Shown: positions 42,166 to 54,971, counted from the first letter of the stretch. The stretch: 64,000 bases of DNA from Octopus vulgaris (GCA_951406725.2 OX597815.1:79980001-80044000), one strand, 5' to 3'. Numbers and translations: made by a program. Notes: a model not told the origin generated them from the letters alone.

Positions 42166-42843
42166 CATAGGTGTGTGTGTGTGTGTGTGTGTGTGTTGTA
42201 TAAACTCAGTATTTTACAATCTGCTCTGTTTGCATGACTACTTGTGCTTACATTGAAATATCAAACAGAAATAAGAAAAATATCTCATAATCTTATTCGC
42301 AAAGAATAAGTTTAAAGGTCAGATAAAACAAATCAGACGTTTATTTATTTATTTTCTTTTTATTTTTGCTGTGATTGTTATCTTAAGTGAGCAGCTGTGA
42401 GCGTGTGTCTGTGTATATGTGTGTTTGGATGTGTTTATTTATGAGTGTGCGTATGTGTATATGAGTGAGTATGTATACATGTATGTGTGTGTATGTGAGT
42501 GTGTGTGTGTGTAAGTGTGTGTGTTTGCTAACCAAATATGGTAACATTCTTCATTGAAGTCAGGAAGTATAATTCTGATTTTGATGTAAAGACAAGACAA
42601 GGAGGCCAAGCAAGGTTAGAATTGGAAATCTCTGACAGTAAATACTATGATTGCATATTGTCGTCTAAACATTTAATTCTTTATAAACTCAGCATTAGTA
42701 AAAACGTTTTGGCGTGTGCTTTGCTTGGTCTAGTTCTTATTACCCGCCCACCTTTCCGAAGTTATTTCTACATAAAGCCTGTACGCGACAGACCGTCGTT
42801 GTCTACCATCACCACACTCGCAATGTGTGTGTGCGTGTATATA

Positions 42844-42941
<98 letters not shown>

Positions 42942-42955
42942 TGTGTGGTATGCAT

Positions 42956-43380
42956 AGGCGCATGAGTGGCTGTGTGGTAAGTAGCTTGCTTACTAACCAC
43001 AAGATTCTGGGTTCAGTCCCACTGCGTGGCACCTTGAGCAAGTGTCTTCTACTATAGCCAATTGTGAGTGGATTTGGTAGACGGAAACTGAAAGAAGGCT
43101 GTCGTATATATGTGTGTGTGTGTGTGTGTGTGTGAGTGTTTGTGTTTGTGTGTGTGTGTGTGCTTGCGTGTCTATGTTTGTCCCCCTAGCACCGCTTGAC
43201 AACCGATGTTGGTGTGTTTACGTCGCCGTAACTTAGCGGTTCGGCAAAAGAGGCTGATAGAATAAGTACGAGGCTTACAAATAATAAGTCCTAGGGTCGA
43301 TTTGCTCGACTAAAGGCGGTGCTCCAGCATGCCGCAGTCAAATGACTGAAACAAGTGAAAGAGTAAAAGAGTAAAAGAGA
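42956..43380 (+). mobile_element. SINE family A, full length
   Basis: Family match. Confidence 0.92.
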
Positions 43381-43899
43381 TACACACACACACTACACAG
43401 CCGAAAGATCTCGCTGGAGATCCAAACAGGGAACTAGAACTCAAAACATGAGAATGTAATATATTTTATTCATAAACCGCTGATGTTTCGTGCGTTAAAA
43501 TCTGCCAACGCACGAAAAGCACGTGCGTGTATATGCATGCTTGCATACGTACATACATACATACATACATACATACATACATACATACATACATACATAC
43601 ATACATACATACATACATACATACATGTGTGTGTGTCTGGTGACCATAGCTCTTTGCATAAGCTTTACGGTTACTCTGGAATTCCAGACGTACATCCTGT
43701 GACAGGAATATTCCCACTCTTTGATGACGTTTGGTAGCCAATATCTGCGATGGAGCTTTATATATACATGTGAATATATGTGCTTGTATATATGTGTGTG
43801 TAAGCGTGAGTGCGTGTAAACAGTGAGTGTATAATGAATGCAGACAGTTAATTTCTTAGTGAGCTATTTGCTTACTTCCGGAAGTCCTATGAATGATTG

Positions 43900-44308
43900 A
43901 CTCATTTACTCTTTTACTTGTTTCAGTCATGTGACTGTGGCCATGCTGGAGCACCGCCTTTAGTCGAGCAAATCGAACCCAGTACTTATTCTTTGTAAGC
44001 CTAGTACTTATTCTACCGGTCTCTTTTGCCGAACCGCTAAGTTACGGGGACGTAAACACACCAGCATCGGTTGTCAAGCGATGTTGGCGGGTACAAACAC
44101 AGACACACAAACATATGCGCACACATACATATATATTATACATATATACGACAGGCTTCTTTCAGTTTCCGTCTACCAAATCCACTCACTTTGGTTGGCC
44201 CGAGACTATAGTAGAAGACAGTTGCTCAAGGTGCCACGCAGTGGGACTGAACCCGGAACCATGTGGTTTGTAAGCAGGGTACTTACCACACAGCCACTCC
44301 TACGCCTA
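43900..44308 (-). mobile_element. SINE family A, full length
   Basis: Family match. Confidence 0.92.
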
Positions 44309-44846
44309 GCTGTTAATAAACCGACAGAAACAATAAAGTGTACTGGAAGAATGTAAAACAAAGAAACATTTTCTATATATTTAATATATTAGGATGATGG
44401 TATGCCCGAGTTATTATATAACAATTATCATACATGTAGCCAATGGTTTGACATATATTTATGAGGATGCTGTAATAAACAATTAAATTTCCAATCTATA
44501 GCAATTATTATTGCGAATGAATATATGTTAAAAATGTCACCTGTTTAACTTGCAGACAATATCTCCTTTTTATACTTATTTTTGTGACTTGTTTTATGCT
44601 TTTTGTTACTTATGTATTAATCATAGAGTGTAATTAAGAAGTGCGCTATGCAACCACGTGGTTTCAGGTCAGTTTAATGTGTGACACCTTCTGCAAGTGT
44701 CTTCTTCTGTAGCACTGGATCAACGAATGTCTTGTGAAGGAATTTAATAGACAGAAGCTATGTGGAAGGGCATTGTACATACATACATACATACATACAT
44801 ACATACATACATACATACATACATACATACATACATACATACATAC

Positions 44847-45052
44847 AGTTAATCCAAACAAGAAAGCACAAAAAAACACAACAACGCGAGGACGTGGAAC
44901 AAATATAATATTATTGGGCGCTCAGGAAAGAAGGAAAGAAGGAGGGTTTAACGTTTCGAGCGGAGCTCTTCGTCGGAAACATAGGAGATGGAAAGATCCA
45001 GAGAAGGGAAGACAGAGGGGAAAAAATCGCCAACGGTACACACGCGGTCACA
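44847..45052 (-). mobile_element. PLE pLTR-like repeat with hammerhead-like motif; diverged copies at 45250-45460 (-) and 55834-56010 (+)
   Basis: Minus strand 44946-44980: gttt-CCGACGA-a-gagc-tcc-gctc-GAAA-cg-TT-aaac; shared ccacgtcctcgc. Confidence 0.7.
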
Positions 45053-45092
45053 GACATACACACACACACACACACACACACACTCTCTCTCT

Positions 45093-45143
<51 letters not shown>

Positions 45144-45734
45144 TAGGCGCGAAATTGCGGTTGACCCTCTGGCCGATAACTGATGAGAAGTTGGCGGTGC
45201 ACTCATTATATATTTTTTAACTCATTATATATATATTTAATAAAAAAAAAAACGGAGCAAAAAGGCAAGAAAAAAAAGAACAACAACGGGAGGACGTGTT
45301 TCATGCAAAGTATTAATAAGAAACTTAGAGAAGGAAAGAAAGAGTCGTTGTTTTACCTTTCGAGCAAAGTTCTTCTGAAACAAGGAGACATAGGAAAGTC
45401 CAAAAGAACAAAAGCCACGACAGAGTAAGTTCCAGACTAAAAACATTAGTCGTGTGGTCAATGTGTTCGACTAAAACCCTTCAAGGCGGTGCTTCAGCAT
45501 AGTTGCAGTCCAATGACTGAAGCAAGTAAAAGATAAAAATTCGTTTTTTTTTTGTAACAAGGATAGCAAAACGCAATCGATTTTGGCAAAAGTGATAAGT
45601 ATGCGCATTATCCACTAAAGTGAAATAATTCCAACAAATTAACGAAACCAATTCGTAGATTCATCTAAAGATATCAATTGTAGTAGCAACTCGCCTGTAC
45701 TAGTACAGTCACCATACAATTAATATAACTCTTG

Positions 45735-46064
45735 TACTTTTTAACTCTTTTGCACGTTTCAGTTATTTGACTGCGGCCATGTTGGAGCACCCCCTTTAGT
45801 CGAAGAAATCGACCCATGACTTATTCTTTGTAAGGCTAGTACTTATTCTATCGTTTCCTTTTTGCCGAACCGCTATGTTACGGGAACGTAAACACACCAA
45901 CATCAGTTGTTAAGCGCTTTATATTCGGGTTTCTTTCAGATTCCGTCTACCAAATCCACTCGCAAGGCTTTAGTCGGCCCGAGGCTAAAGTAGAAACACT
46001 TGTCCAAGGTACCTTGCAGTGGAACTGAACCCAGAACAAGCTTCTCACCACACAGGCACGCCTG
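45735..46064 (-). mobile_element. SINE family A lacking the internal microsatellite
   Basis: Family match. Confidence 0.85.
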
Positions 46065-48071
46065 TTAATTTTTCTTAGATATCAACCTGTTGTTTATTAT
46101 TCCTTGAAAACTATCATCTCGAACTTCATTCACCGACCTTCATTATTTCCAATTACCGATCTATAACTTGATAGCTTATCTTTTAACGTCTTAATTTGTC
46201 ATTTGATACATCCAGATGAGTAAATGACAGTACTCATTTACTACCAGATGAACTAAGATATTCCACAGCTAAGTGTTTTAAAATATCGATGGTAGGACAC
46301 GAACTCCCAGATCAAAGCTGGCCGCACACACCTAAAATATGAAAAGTATTCTTGACGTAATAATTCTGTCTTCTCGGAATATGTAGGATTACAATGTTCA
46401 ATTTGTCCTCATATATCATTTTTTGTTTTTGTTTTAATCAGTTGGGTGTGATTTGGGGGAGATTTGACTGATATTTCTAAAAACAAAAAGTCTAGCGATA
46501 ACTCAAAATATCTCGTTGGCACTTCTTTTATATGTAATGTAATGTAGTGAAGTGCTGAACATGCTTGTGAAGTGATAACTGTATTTTCGTTTTTCCCTGT
46601 GGGAAAATAGCAGAAACGGCTGGACTACGGACTAGATGTCAAACTGGATTTTGAGTTCAGGTATCGCCAGTGCTATATCCGTGTTCTATAGAATAATGGT
46701 GAGTTCCTGGTAAACTACAATGATATATAATAGATTTTATTGACTCTTGTGCATCACTAGTTCTTAGTAAAAAAAAAACTTAATGTACATTTTTGATTTG
46801 AGCCAGGAAATTTGAAGTGTTGTGAGGAGAAAATCCCCCAAACTTACAAATCTAAATGATTAATTCTGGTCGAGAAAAACAGGGGAGACAACCATGGAAT
46901 TTAAATACATGAGAAAATAGAAGGTAGAGGGGGAGCGGAGTCTGATCTAATAAGATATGTACGTTTGTCTTACTAGACCTTTTCGGTGAAGCATAGTCTA
47001 ACCATAACTGTCAGCTCTTATAATGACTAGAGATGATATATGAGATTTTAGTGAATGAATACAGCGTGGTGTGGTAACTTACTCGTTCTTAGTTTACCAA
47101 CCACATGCGGGTTTATGAAAGGCATAGTTGACCCCCGGAAAGATTTGAACTCGAAACAGCAAGGGTACGAATTTAGATAAAGTAAAGCATCTGGAACAAC
47201 TGTTTGCACCAAATTCCCAGTAAGCCAACGAGCGTTATCCACCAAACTGAGACGGTTCCGTCAAGGAATCGAAACTGGGTCGCCGATTCGGTTCACCGAA
47301 AGATTATCGCTGCAACGGTAAGTTTTTCTCCCGCTGCTATTATTATAATATAATTAACATAATTGTTCATCTTCTCGAGATTCCGACCTATTTTTTCCTT
47401 TCTTTCTTTTCTTTCATCTCGACCTCCATACGACCGACCTTATTACCTCCAAGAACTAGTCTGTCTCACCCCTCCATCTTAGTTTTTCTTGGTGTTGTAT
47501 ATATGTGTGTGTATGTGTTTACTTCGCTTAACTTGCTTCCTTGCCTCCTCCTCCATTTCCTGATCTTCCTTTATCTCCTTTCAATTCCACATCTGACACC
47601 CTACATTTCTATTCACGGGTCACTGACCACGATTGAGGGAGGATACAGCAATTGTACTGGTTAACCTGCTACTAAAGAAAAAAAGAACCCTTCTACGCCT
47701 CACTTCTTCTTTCCTCTCCCTTTCTCTCTTTCTATTTCTCTGTTTATTATTGTCGGTTTATCTGTGACTCTTGCTACTACGCCCTCGATCTCGCTTCTAC
47801 TTCCATTTTTCACAATGTACTTCCCTCCCATCATTACGTCCCTCTCTCTCTCACTCTCTTTTTCTCTCACTCTCTCTTTCTCTCACTCTTTTTTTCTTTC
47901 ACTCTCTCTTTCTCTCTCTCTCACGCCTCTGAGAGAAAGGCAGACAGATAGTGAGACAGACAAAACGTACAGTAAGACATATATAGGACGTATAGACCTA
48001 CTTATAACATTAGTCTCACAAATACCTCCCCTTAAGGTATGTGTATAAATCCATTAAACCACCAGACCATT

Positions 48072-48237
48072 TATACATACATACATACATACATACATAA
48101 ATGCATACATACATACATACGCACATACATACATATATGTATACATACATGCATAAATGCATACATGCATACGTACATACATGCATACATACATACATAC
48201 ATACATAAATACATACATACATACATACATACATACA

Positions 48238-48272
<35 letters not shown>

Positions 48273-48342
48273 CCACATACATACATACATACATACATAC
48301 ATACATACATACATACGTACATAAATGCATACATACATACAT
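48072..48342. repeat. Imperfect (TACA)n array followed by a SINE A head at 48445-48530
   Basis: Direct. Confidence 0.9.
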
Positions 48343-48576
48343 TGACACACGCTTTGTACGAACGTACGTATATTTGTCCATGTGCACTTTTACCTATATA
48401 TTTATTAATTATCATACATATACACACATCCATCCAGCAATTAACTGGAGTGGCTGTGTGATGAGAAGCTTGCTTCCCAACGACATGGTTCCGGGTTCAG
48501 TCCCACTGCGTGGTACCTTAGGCAAATGTGAAAAACATCCATAAGCTATATCTACAGAAATAACAATAGCCCCCTG

Positions 48577-49881
48577 GGATCTTTTCTATTCTGAAGCCAG
48601 TTTTTTCAAATTTTTCCTACTGAACCAAACAATTTGAAACTTCGTATACTGGTAGAATGTGTCAAAAGTAAACTTAATTGTAAACCAGAATGAAAACGGA
48701 ATTGTAACTTCTAAGTTTAACGTTGTTTAATAATTAGAATTTTAACCAATGATATTCCGTTATTCGGCTTTATTTTATTTACTCCGTCTCGACCACCAAT
48801 TTCGTGACGTATTAGACATCTTAAATGTAAACAAGCTATAGTCAGCCACCTTCTAATAACAAAAGTTTGTCTTTGAAGTTACCGTCTAGGGGAAGCATTG
48901 ATGTACATGTGTGTGTGTGTGTTTGATGGGGTGTGGGAGACAGCATGTTGTGTAAGTGAAGTGCTTCTGTTAGTGTGTGTGAAGAGACAGAGAGAGTAAT
49001 GTGTGAAAGAGAGAGATAACTGAAATTTTTTACTCGGTGTATGTGTATATGTATGTCTGCATGTATGTGTGTGTGTATGTATGTGTAAGTATGTGTGTGT
49101 GTGTATGTATGTGTGTGTGTGTATGTATGTATGGCCGATTCATCGTAATTACGATGAATCGGCCATACATACATAGATACATACACACACACACATACAT
49201 GCAGACATACATATACACATACACCGAGTAAAAAATTTCAGTTATCTCTCTCTTTCACACATTACTCTCTCTGTCTCTTCACACACACTAACAGAAGCAC
49301 TTCACTTACACAACATACTGTCTCCCACACCCCATCAAACACACACACACACACACACACATGTACATCAATGCTTCCCCTAGACGGTAACTTCAAAGAC
49401 AAACTTCCCTCGTCATAAAATCGCTTCCTCTTAGTCTCTTTCGCTCTCATTACTTATGTAAAAAAATAAAAGTTTTTTACGGAAATCGACGGAAAACTTG
49501 TGCTACGACAAGCGAAACTTCGCCGAAATTTAATATTAAAAAAGCAAAGAGCTGGCAGAAACGTTAGCACGCCGGGCGAAATGCGTAGCCGTATTTCGTC
49601 TGCCGTGTTTGTTTACAGTTTTCCGAACGTTAGTACGTCACAAAAGCGCTTTCTACGTCACACTAATAGAATGCAGTCAAGTTTTACACATGAAAACAAA
49701 CAATCTGATTGGTTAAAATTCGCAGTTTTAATCTACGATTAAAGTCATAAAATAGATTTTTCTCAAATAAACTAGTTCCAACCTGTGTCTTGTTTTGCTA
49801 GACTCTATCAGCATACGAAGTTTCAGATTATTTAGTTAAGTAGAAAGATCTGTGGTCCTGGCTTCAGAATAGAAAAGATCC
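48577..49881. mobile_element. Non-autonomous TIR DNA transposon with 8-bp TSD (Merlin-like)
   Basis: Perfect 24-bp TIR ggatcttttctattctgaagccag (48577-48600) / ctggcttcagaatagaaaagatcc (49858-49881); TSD gccccctg at 48569-48576 and 49882-49889; imperfect subterminal inverted similarity. Confidence 0.88.
48863..49406. repeat. ~540-bp spacer-less palindrome
   Basis: Centre ...ggccgattcatcgtaa|ttacgatgaatcggcc at 49148/49149; arms match out to aagtttgtctttgaag / cttcaaagacaaactt. Confidence 0.95.
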
Positions 49882-50699
49882 GCCCCCTGTCGTAAATGTT
49901 TTAGAAATAAGTGTACAATATTGAATCCAATGAATTTGAATAGATTTCTAGTAATTTCACTGTTGACTATACAGAGGTTTGCTATTGCAGTATCAGCTAC
50001 ATAACAATTGGGCCTATCACCTGGTATCTTAACTACAGTGGAGTGAAAATGTAAATGACACTAAATTCTAGTAAACGGAGATCTTAAATATGAGGGATTG
50101 ACAATTGTAAGAAAAGATACATTCAGTTTGTAGTGAAAATGAACGGATTGAAAATAGAACTAGTTCAACATAACCAGGCGAGGAGGAGAATAATTTCGAA
50201 CACAATATTGTTTTTGTTGTTTAGTCCGAAGTTAACTCTGATCAAAGGCTATTTCAACCATAATTAGATGGGCCATTTTCTGCTGTTTTACAGACGGAGT
50301 ATATCAAAGATCGCTTCATGCCAACCAACGGCCCCTATTTTTTTAAGGAAACTGAGTTACTATTTCTTATAGATCGAACGCTTTGTGAGATAGTATCAAT
50401 CATTCCATAGGAGGCAGTCATATGTCTGTGTTTAAGAAGTTACCTTCTTAAATACACAATCCTGAGTTCCAGTTAAGTGCCCAGCAAATTATACAAGTGC
50501 CTTTCATGATATGCTCGAGTCGACGCAAATTTCAGGAGTGAAGTTTGGTAAACGGAAACTGGACAGAAGCCCGTAGGATGGACTGCTCAAGTTCTTGTGT
50601 GGTAATCTTCATCCGTCACTCAATATGACATTTTACTACTAATAGCAACAACAGCAGTACCACCACCACCACCACCACCACCACCACCACCACCGTCAT

Positions 50700-51635
50700 C
50701 AATGAAGTGGGTGACCGGGCATGCCTTCAGTCTGATCTACTGGCTGTCATCCAATGGGCAGAAAAGAATAATATGCTGCTGAACAAGGACAAATTTGAAT
50801 TAATCCACTTCGGAAAAGAGGATACTCTGGAATTCCTATACTTCCTTCCTTTAGGTGAAATTCTCGTGGCATCCAACAACATTGGAGACTTGGGAGTAAT
50901 TGTGGACAATAACATAAGCTGGGCCGCTCATATAAACAGCACTGTTGGTTTGGCCTGCAGAATGTGTTCCTGGATTCTCAGAACTCTCTAGTCAGATATC
51001 TACACCATTATCCTTCTCTTCTCCACTTTTGCCAGACCCCACCTTGGATACTGTTGTCCTTGTAGTCTCCCCACACGAAACAAAGTATCATGGAAGTTGA
51101 AGCACCTCAAAGTCAATTGCATAAAAGATAGATGGCTTGACAGGCCTTGACTATTGGGGTCGGCTAGAAAAGTTCAAGCTTTATTCTCTCCAACGCCGCC
51201 AAGAGTGCTACATCATCTGCATGATGTGGAAAATATTCTATCAGCTTTGGCCAAACGACGTTGGCACCACCTTTAAGATACACCCAAGACTCGGGCCTCG
51301 TGCTATCCACCCACAACACAAATCATACTCGCATCACATAACAGCAATACTGCACAATTGTTTCACGTCAATTTGCCCCGCTCTCTTTAACCTTACAGCA
51401 AAACACATTAAAGCAGAGACAGACCCCATAAAGTTAAAGAAGTCTTTGGAAAAATTCCTTCAAAAAATCCCGTATAAACCTCCTACACCTGGATATATCT
51501 CCGTAAACAATAACTCCCTACTCGAGTGGGCTATGGTTGTCCGATTTCTGATTTGAATGACTTTGCCAGGTGGTGCTATTCAGTTAGACATGGACTCAGC
51601 CAATACTGCCGAAAACTATCAAAATATCAAAGTAA
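50700..51635 (+). mobile_element. 5'-truncated CR1-type LINE (RT C-terminus and 3' UTR)
   Basis: LQSDLLAVIQWAEKNNMLLNKDK, DLGVIVDNNISWAAHI, RPHLGYCC, LDYWGRLEKFKLYSLQRR; short tandem tail tatcaaa. Confidence 0.9.
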
Positions 51636-51655
51636 ATAGCCAAACGCCAAACTGG

Positions 51656-51707
51656 CTTAACTGATGATGGCAACGGGAATTGCCAAAACTGACGCGTCAG
51701 TTTTAAG
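51656..51707 (+). ncRNA. Type I hammerhead ribozyme fold with G12A core mutation
   Basis: cttaa-CTGATGA-t-ggcaa-cgggaa-ttgcc-AAAA-ctgacgcgtcag-TT-ttaag; all three stems pair. Confidence 0.7.
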
Positions 51708-51814
51708 AATTCTCGGTCGGTATTTTTCGGACAATTATGATCTCTATTAGTGTACATATATTCATTAATGTGCATTAACTACAGCACTGGAGAATTTTAG
51801 CTCTTATTTCTAGC

Positions 51815-51928
51815 AATGTACACGTCGCTGATTGGTTAAAATTACCAAAATACGACAACTTTAACAGGAAATAACTTCTAAAATAGGAAATTTTGTCAAA
51901 AATGTCGAAAGTAAAGCGTGTTCAGCGT
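51815..51928. mobile_element. Subterminal fragment of the TIR transposon family (also 54270-54464)
   Basis: tacacgtcg.tgattggttaaaattacc..aaataacttct..aaagtaaa.cgtgttca shared. Confidence 0.7.
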
Positions 51929-51934
51929 CAGATC

Positions 51935-52180
51935 TCCGTCTACTCACTTACAGAGCTTTGGTCGGCCCGAAGAAACAGTAGAAGACACTTGATCAAGGTG
52001 CCACACAGTGGGACTGAACCCGGAACCATGTGGTCGGGAAGCAAAATTCTTACCGCACAGCTAGGCCTGCGCCTATGCATATATGTTCTTATCTTCTATT
52101 CTTTTACTTGTTTCAGTCCTTTGACTGCGACGATGCTGGAGTACTGCCTTTTAGTCGAACAAATGAACCCCGGTCAAGTA
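51935..52180 (-). mobile_element. SINE family A head plus a separate tail fragment
   Basis: Family match. Confidence 0.8.
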
Positions 52181-52259
52181 CTGTTTTATGGCTCTTGTTA
52201 TTTACCAACATCCTCCATATTTCAGGGTTTCTGCATATGTAAGAAACAATTCACTTAAT

Positions 52260-52725
52260 CTCTTTCTCATTCCTAATACCACCTCTTTCTCTGTTTCTCT
52301 CTCTCTTTGTTTCATTCTCTCTATTTCTCTAAGTCATCATCACCCTTTCATTTTTTTCTCCCTCCTTTCCTTCCTCTATCTCTCGCTTCATTTTTGTCTC
52401 TCTACCCATTACTCACTTCCACTCGGCTTTCTTTTATGTATGAATTTAGTCGTTCCTCTCTCTCTCACTTTCCCTCGCTCTCTCCCTCTTCCCCGCTCTC
52501 TCCCTATCCCTCGCTCTCTCCTTGTCCCTCGCTTTCTCTTCATCTCTCTCTCATTTTCTCTCTATTTCTCTTCTTTCATTCTTTGTAGTTTCTCTCTTCC
52601 CCCTCTTTCTATGTATTTTCCCTTTTCTATCCCCTTCTCTATTTTCCTCTGTCTCTCTTTCTCACTTTCTCTCCCCTCTCTCTGTCTTTCTCTTTTTCTC
52701 TTCCTATTTTTTCCTATATCTCTAT
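52260..52725. repeat. Long polypyrimidine (CT-rich) low-complexity tract
   Basis: Direct. Confidence 0.85.
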
Positions 52726-53184
52726 CTGGTAGGTAGGATTTTCCTCACTGCTCCACTGATTCTTTTGCCTCCTTCCTGCCCCTCATTATGCACATCACAT
52801 GAAATGCTGCTACTACGTGTATTTTCTGCGACACTACCAGCTGACACTGAAAAAACACAAAGATCAAATATGGTTCGTTTGAAGTCAAACAAACGGGCAG
52901 ATAAACGCATCCCTTCTCGTTATCACATATATTACACAGACGCACACAGACACATTCACACACATACACACACACTTACACACACACATATTAGTATGTA
53001 CATCGGTCCACACACGGACACAAAAAGCACTCGCATGGAATTCTACACACCGGCATAGAGAATATGCATATATAACTCTAAATTTCAATACATGTAGGCA
53101 TAAATATATATATATACACATACTTAAGCGCATTCACAGACGCACGCATTCACACACGCACGCATTCACACACACAAACACACA

Positions 53185-53245
53185 TGATGTAGACGCCTCT
53201 GATGAGAACACAATAATGTTCGAAAATCGATTAAGGTTTAAATCA
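53185..53245 (+). ncRNA. Minimal type I hammerhead ribozyme, canonical core
   Basis: gcct-CTGATGA-gaaca-caataa-tgttc-GAAA-atcgat-TA-aggt; perfect 5-bp stem II, palindromic stem III aatcgatt, UUA triplet (predicted cut after 53233). Confidence 0.8.
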
Positions 53246-53365
53246 CAAGGTCGGCCTGAGGGTACAGTAGAAGACACTTGGCCAAGGTGCCACGCAGTGG
53301 GACTGAACCCAGAACCATGTGGTTGAGAAGGAAGCTTCTTACCATACAGCCACTCCTGCGCCTAT
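53244..53365 (-). mobile_element. SINE family A head
   Basis: Family match. Confidence 0.85.
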
Positions 53366-53403
53366 ATATATGTAGGCATGTATGTGGATGTATCTATATT
53401 TAT

Positions 53404-53474
<71 letters not shown>

Positions 53475-53492
<18 letters not shown>

Positions 53493-53536
53493 AAATTGCA
53501 AGCTATCTAACACACACACAAATACATTAACGTGTG

Positions 53537-53589
<53 letters not shown>

Positions 53590-53982
53590 CAGGTTTGGTG
53601 GCCTTCAACTAACACTATCTCCTCCAAGACCCTGCAGCGCAAGTTGACCAAAATTGAGAGTATGATAGAAGCAGGCTTGTTCTTCTTTTCCTAGAAGAAA
53701 AAATTCAAATCGGACCATGTTAAGATCAAAAATTATTTTCATGAAAAAGGCGCTTTTTTTTCAATGAAAATCCCTATTTTTACGAATTTTTGACTGCTGT
53801 GTCGCCATTTTTCAGTGTATTTCAACCAGAAAAATGTTCACATAAAAAGAATAACAAGCTACATAATGCAAAGTTTTTACTTTTCAAAAAAGATTGAAAT
53901 TATGTCAAAACTTTGACATCAAAGTCTGCCGTTTTAAGCGCGACTAAAAAAGAAACCCGAGCAATGCCGGGCTATACTGCTA

Positions 53983-53983
<1 letters not shown>
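53475..53983 (+). mobile_element. Non-autonomous Helitron-like element
   Basis: 3' hairpin cccgagcaatgccggg (53956-53971), then CTAG (53980-53983) followed by T; 5' end tatataaaatt merges with (TA)n; internal (TG)n. Confidence 0.7.
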
Positions 53984-54079
<96 letters not shown>

Positions 54080-54199
54080 TGTATGTATGTGGTCCAAAGC
54101 AGATATGCAATTTATGAAAAAGAAAAAAAAAACAAAAATGAAAACGTGTAATATGCAGCACAGGCAGTGAACAAAAATAAAATAGAACAGAGTAGTGAC

Positions 54200-54464
54200 A
54201 GTTAATAAAGATGACCCGGAATTTGCTGCTCTTCGACTACCGCATACAGCAGCAGCTTTCTCCAGCTGAATACACGTCGTTGATTGGTTAAAATTACCCA
54301 AATACATCAACCTTAACGCGAAATAACTTCTGAAATAAGAAATTTCGTCAAAAATGCTGAAAGTAAACCGTGTTCAATGTGAGAAATGACTCCAGTATGC
54401 AAAATTTCAGACTTAATTTTTTAAAAAATAATTAAAAAATCTGTGAGCGAAACAGAAAAGATCC
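54200..54464. mobile_element. Right-end fragment of a related TIR transposon
   Basis: Ends agaaaagatcc like the 49881 TIR; abuts a SINE A body. Confidence 0.7.
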
Positions 54465-54732
54465 GTAGACGGAAACTGAACGAACCCCATCGTAGATGCA
54501 TATGTATGTGTGTGTGTATGTTTGTCCCCCCCACTACCACAGTTTGACAATCGGTGTTATTGTGTTTACGCCCCTGGAAACTAGGGTTTCGGCAAAAGAG
54601 TCCGCTGCAGTAAATACCGGACTAAAAAAAATACCTGGTACTTGAGTCGATTCATTCTACTAAATATTCTTCAAGATGGTGCCCCAGCATGACTGTAGTC
54701 AAATGACTGAAAGAAGTAAAAGATAAAAGATA
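54465..54732 (+). mobile_element. SINE family A, 3' part
   Basis: gtagacggaaactgaa...gtcaaatgactgaaagaagtaaaaga. Confidence 0.85.
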
Positions 54733-54858
54733 TACAATCGTACATACACACACATACATGCACACACAAACACGAGACATGCTGATAAATGTTGAAAAAA
54801 ATGTTGACTGAGAAAAAATTAATGCAGAAAAAATACATAAACATTATAAAAACTAGCT

Positions 54859-54971
<113 letters not shown>

